Below are positions 60,157 through 64,000 of a DNA stretch of 64,000 nucleotides, piece after piece. Location: contig JBBRSB010000002.1 of the NCBI GenBank assembly GCA_038245785.1, positions 269,588-333,587 of the forward strand, read 5' to 3'. Under the pieces are notes generated by a model. It was given only the letters and a program-made list of their open reading frames with translations, made no database searches and was not told where the DNA came from. This DNA comes from Gloeobacterales cyanobacterium (GTDB taxonomy: Bacteria > Cyanobacteriota > Cyanobacteriia > Gloeobacterales > PMM-0068). Positions within the stretch are counted from its first letter, which is position 1; each line of letters opens with the position of its first letter. A program made the translations under genes and the position numbers.

Positions 60157-60780
60157 CGCAAGCTATGAAACGCAACAGTAGGAGTGATTGTATCGCACCC
60201 TGAGCCTCTGAGCCTCGCTAAGCTCGACAGAGTAAAGGAACTCTATCGTTCCAGCCCATCCTGGCTATTCTCAAAAACAGGGAAATCCCAGAAGATTCAA
60301 TTCATATTTCCGAAAAATAGAGGTCCACATACCTTTGTTAAATGTATTTAGCAAAACGTCTACTGATACTTCCAAATAAGTACATTTAGCGATCCCTGAT
60401 TATGTTGCTCTATTCCCCAAAATCATTAAATATTTTTGATTTAACCCAAATGGGGAACTTTATCCTTGGGACACATTCCGCAGCCAAAAGAGCCCTCAAA
60501 AGGGTATTTAGCTTCTGCCTGCAATCTATTGCTTCAGGGTTTCATAACTCAAATCTAATAAAAATACTAAACAGGTAAGAAAAACTAAACTCAATAAATA
60601 TTTGCTCGAAAAATCTCCATGTAATGGAAGTTTTTTCATTGCTCTATAGTTTTCAATACTGTCGATACGCCTATCCAGTGCACCGCAGCATGGTAATCAT
60701 TTAATAAGTTGTTTGATGGCTCGCCACATCAGTGTAGGGCTGTCAAATTTGTTATGCAATTTTTGAGGAATATCAAGTCC

Positions 60781-61713
60781 ATGAATTCAAAACTTGTCCA
60801 ACGCGCAGCAGTCTCCACTGGATTGCTGTTAGCTTTATGCGCCTATCTAAGTTCTGGGGCAAATGCTCAGTCAACTACAACCTCTTTGACTCAAGCTCAA
60901 TACGAGGCAGCTATTAGCTTTGACCAAGGTCCTGGTAATAATGGCATCCCAGCGTCTAATCCAACGGCTGCTAGTGTCGGATACCCCTGTGGTGTCCCCA
61001 ACAGCTATAGCTGGAAATGGTACGACGATACCTCTGGAGGTACGGATATAGCTCAAGCTATTGCAGGCAGAGGCCAGCAGTTAGCAGGAGCTGGCTATAA
61101 CCAGGTATATAATGCTTGCCCTGGACCTAATACTCGCAAATCTATGTCTAATGCTCGAATTGAGTTTACTGAGCTTGTCGCAGACTACTATTCAATAAGC
61201 CAAAATAAATGGGTTCGGGCTGTAAAACAGTCTGTTGGTGGAGCTGCCTTTGCTGAAGATTTTGTCAACAACCAGGCTACTGGAGCCGATATTCGGGATG
61301 AAGCACAAGGACATAAATCTGTGCGGTCTGGAATTGGCAATGCTGATTCTGGTGCTGGAGATTCAACTGGCCGTAGAGTAGAAGATGGTGCAGTTGGTTA
61401 TAACTTCCATGGTTTCCCCAATAGATTTAATATCAACTGGGCAGACGCTAAAGCTGTAGTAGTTTCTCAAGCCATGCGTTGTATTCCCAATACAGGAACA
61501 GACTTAAGTGATTGTAACCAACTCGGCTATATTGCCAACGTTGGTCTTGATTCTTGGGCAAGTACCGGGAGTAACTTTGATGGTTTCAGAACCCATGGTG
61601 GAGTTAGTGGTTCTAGATTTAAGCCTGTGACTACTAATTGGCAGGTGTTTGTAAATTACGTTGGTCCTCGTAACTTTTCAGGAATTACGGCCCCGCCTGT
61701 CCCCCAGTTCTAA
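60781..61713 (+). CDS. Secreted protein of unknown function, copy 1
   Basis: Signal peptide (ANA|Q) from ATG 60781; paralog of the next gene. Confidence 0.8.
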   Translation: MNSKLVQRAAVSTGLLLALCAYLSSGANAQSTTTSLTQAQYEAAISFDQGPGNNGIPASNPTAASVGYPCGVPNSYSWKWYDDTSGGTDIAQAIAGRGQQLAGAGYNQVYNACPGPNTRKSMSNARIEFTELVADYYSISQNKWVRAVKQSVGGAAFAEDFVNNQATGADIRDEAQGHKSVRSGIGNADSGAGDSTGRRVEDGAVGYNFHGFPNRFNINWADAKAVVVSQAMRCIPNTGTDLSDCNQLGYIANVGLDSWASTGSNFDGFRTHGGVSGSRFKPVTTNWQVFVNYVGPRNFSGITAPPVPQF

Positions 61714-61718
61714 TCTGT

Positions 61719-61749
61719 GCCCCCTCTCAAAGGAGAGGGGCTTCTTTTT
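61719..61749 (+). terminator. Intrinsic terminator (second copy near 62972-63000)
   Basis: cccctctc-aaag-gagagggg followed by cttcttttt. Confidence 0.7.
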
Positions 61750-61941
61750 ATCCTAATTAACCACAGCAGCAAGCTGAGCTAAATAGAAATACAACTCTTG
61801 TAATGGGTAAATCGCAAATCTGGTTATTCCTTTATAGATGGTAAAATATCCCTGATTCCAGTATTTTTACTTAAATTTGCCATTCAGAAACTAGCTAGAC
61901 TTTTCCTATCCCCGTAAACTAGGTCCAACTCAGGTCTAACC

Positions 61942-62964
61942 ATGAATCTAACAAGCGTTTTATATGTTGCACCGCTGTTCATTGCTCTGCAGACGGGAAT
62001 GTGGAGCCATACAGTCAGCGGGAAAAGCGAAGGGGCTTACCAGCATCTAGAACTGTTAGATAATGTACCTCAAACCTCTGAGGTTCTCGCAGAAGCAGTA
62101 CCCGCTCTAGCACAAAAACCTGCAGCTTCAAGTGGAGTTTCTTTTACTCAAGCTCAATTTGAAGCAGCTATTGCTTTTGATGTTGGAGGAGAGAATGGCA
62201 AACTACAATCTAATTCTTCTGCCCCAAGCGTAGGATACCCCTGCGGAGTCCCAAATAGCTATTCATGGAAGTTTGGAGGCGGTGATGGCCTTGAGGATGT
62301 TGCTAAGGGTGTTGCAGGGAGAGGTCAACAGTTAGCCGGAGCTGGCTATAACCAGATATTTAATGCTTGCCCTAAACCTAATACTCGCAAATCAATACCT
62401 AATGCTCGAATTGAGTTTACTAACCTTGTGGTAAGTTACTATTCAATTAAACAAAACAAATGGGTCCAGCTCGTAAAACAGCCTATGGGTGGAGCTGCCT
62501 TTGCTGAAGATTTTTTAAAGAACCAATCTACTGGAGCCGATATTCGGGATGAAGCACAAGGGCATAAATCTGTGCGGTCTGGAATTGGGAATGCTGCTTC
62601 TGGTGCTGGAGGTTCAACTGGCCGTAAAGTAGAAGATGGCACAGTTGGCTATAACTTCCATGGCTTCCCCGGCAGATTTAAGATCAACTGGGCAGACGCT
62701 AAATCTGTAGTAGCTTCTCAAGCCATGCGTTGTATTCCTAATATAGGAAAAGACTTAAGTGATTGTAATAAACTCGGTTACATTGCTAACGTCGGTCTTG
62801 ATTCTTGGGCAAGTCCCGAGAGTAACTTTGATGATTTCAAAACCCATGGTGGAGTTAGTGGTGGAAGGTTTAAACCTGTAACTACTAGTTGGCAAATATT
62901 CACAAATTACGTTGGTCCTCGTAACTTTTCAGGAATTACGGCCCCGCCCGTCCCCCAGTTCTGA
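61942..62964 (+). CDS. Secreted protein of unknown function, copy 2
   Basis: Same core and identical C-terminus (NYVGPRNFSGITAPPVPQF); different, longer N-terminus. Confidence 0.8.
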   Translation: MNLTSVLYVAPLFIALQTGMWSHTVSGKSEGAYQHLELLDNVPQTSEVLAEAVPALAQKPAASSGVSFTQAQFEAAIAFDVGGENGKLQSNSSAPSVGYPCGVPNSYSWKFGGGDGLEDVAKGVAGRGQQLAGAGYNQIFNACPKPNTRKSIPNARIEFTNLVVSYYSIKQNKWVQLVKQPMGGAAFAEDFLKNQSTGADIRDEAQGHKSVRSGIGNAASGAGGSTGRKVEDGTVGYNFHGFPGRFKINWADAKSVVASQAMRCIPNIGKDLSDCNKLGYIANVGLDSWASPESNFDDFKTHGGVSGGRFKPVTTSWQIFTNYVGPRNFSGITAPPVPQF

Positions 62965-63236
62965 TCTATGATCCCTCCCAAAGAAGAGGGGCTTCTTTTG
63001 ATCCTAATTAACCATAGCAACAAGATGAACTAAATAGGAATAGAACTCTACTCTCTGAACTATTCATTTCATTACTTCGGTAAGTGTAGTGAAGAGCTGT
63101 GCACAATGAGGAGCTGCACTGCTCACTCTTTTAGCATCCAACTGCCCTAGAAGCGTTGGAGCATGTTGCGTCTTATGGTATTTGCCTTTTGATGTACCAC
63201 GAGTAGCCTCCTCAAAATTTTTAGCCAATAATTTTC

Positions 63237-64000
63237 TATAGCTATCCTAAGCAGTTCATGAAAATATTCCATATGTATGCAATTTGGGAAAATTAAACTT
63301 TTGGCGGTTTGTGAAAAACTCAAATAATATCTTAACGGCTTTAAAGTCTTTGCACAAATGATAATATCTCCGGATAAAGTTTTTAGCTTGTAGCCAAATA
63401 TCTTCTACAGGATTCTGTTCAGGAGCATTTGGAGCAAATAATATGCATGTCACCTCCCATTCTTCTTTTTTCAATCCATGATTTATAGACTTCAAGTATT
63501 CCTGCATTTCTTTTGACTTATGATAACTGGCTCCATCCCAAATTAAAGCCAGCCTACAGCCTGGATATATAGACCTGCTATATTCAATAAAGCTAATTGT
63601 ATTTTGAGAATTCCCAGTCTCTTTACCCTGTACAATAAACTCTTTATTTTGATAATTAAGTGCACCATAATACGTTTGTCTTTGCCGTTCATTTTCCATT
63701 GGTATCTCAACTCGTATACCCTTCTTCCCCCAGATATATCCGCAGGCATCACCCCAGAGTAGATGGCTCTCATCCATCAGAAGAACAACTAGCTTCCCTG
63801 ACTCTATCTCTGACCTCCATTGCTCTAGCTGTGCTGTGATTTCTTCTTTTTTTTTGCACTAATTCGGAATTCTTTTTGGGATTCGCCTTTTGAGACTTTT
63901 TCCAGCTTATATCTGCCTCTTTGAATAGTTCATAGTAGCTCTGCTTCGATTTAAAAATTACGTTGTACTCGTCTTCAATATGGGCCTCTAATTCCTCTAA
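63237..64000 (-). mobile_element. IS630-family insertion sequence (partial); transposase split at an A9 run
   Basis: DDE motifs MDE, IWDGASYH, APEQNPVEDIW; upstream frame SWKKSQK..P; TA-flanked end near 63237. Confidence 0.88.

Overview
This is a chromosomal window from a cyanobacterium, shown by the long ThiE, plastoquinone-type UbiD, Gap2, a group-2 sigma factor, a DUF1565 protein and a PTOX-like gene. I saw no HIP1 sites by eye, which tentatively suggests an early-branching, Gloeobacterales-like lineage. Housekeeping genes (clpP, dnaJ, trmL, gap2, miaE, thiE/thiS, ssb, rsgA, xerD, an ABC-F, htrA, hslO, glcF, pdhC) are interleaved with accessory modules. These include a modular A / B / B-A fusion operon of unknown function, a T2SS/type IV pilus-like locus, and a secreted vanadium haloperoxidase/PAP2 enzyme next to an AraC regulator. 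From 30.5 to 39.1 kb there is a toxin-antitoxin-rich stretch. It holds two tandem nucleotidyltransferase-like + HTH modules, separated by a frameshifted TnpB-only IS200/IS605 element with IS608-type ends. Further on are a proteasome-beta-like Ntn hydrolase, a divergent PII paralog, a PTOX homolog missing four of six di-iron ligands beside two USP genes, a tandem pair of unknown secreted proteins, and a partial IS630. No rRNA, tRNA or CRISPR array was found. Family assignments come from motif recognition only; no database searches were run.
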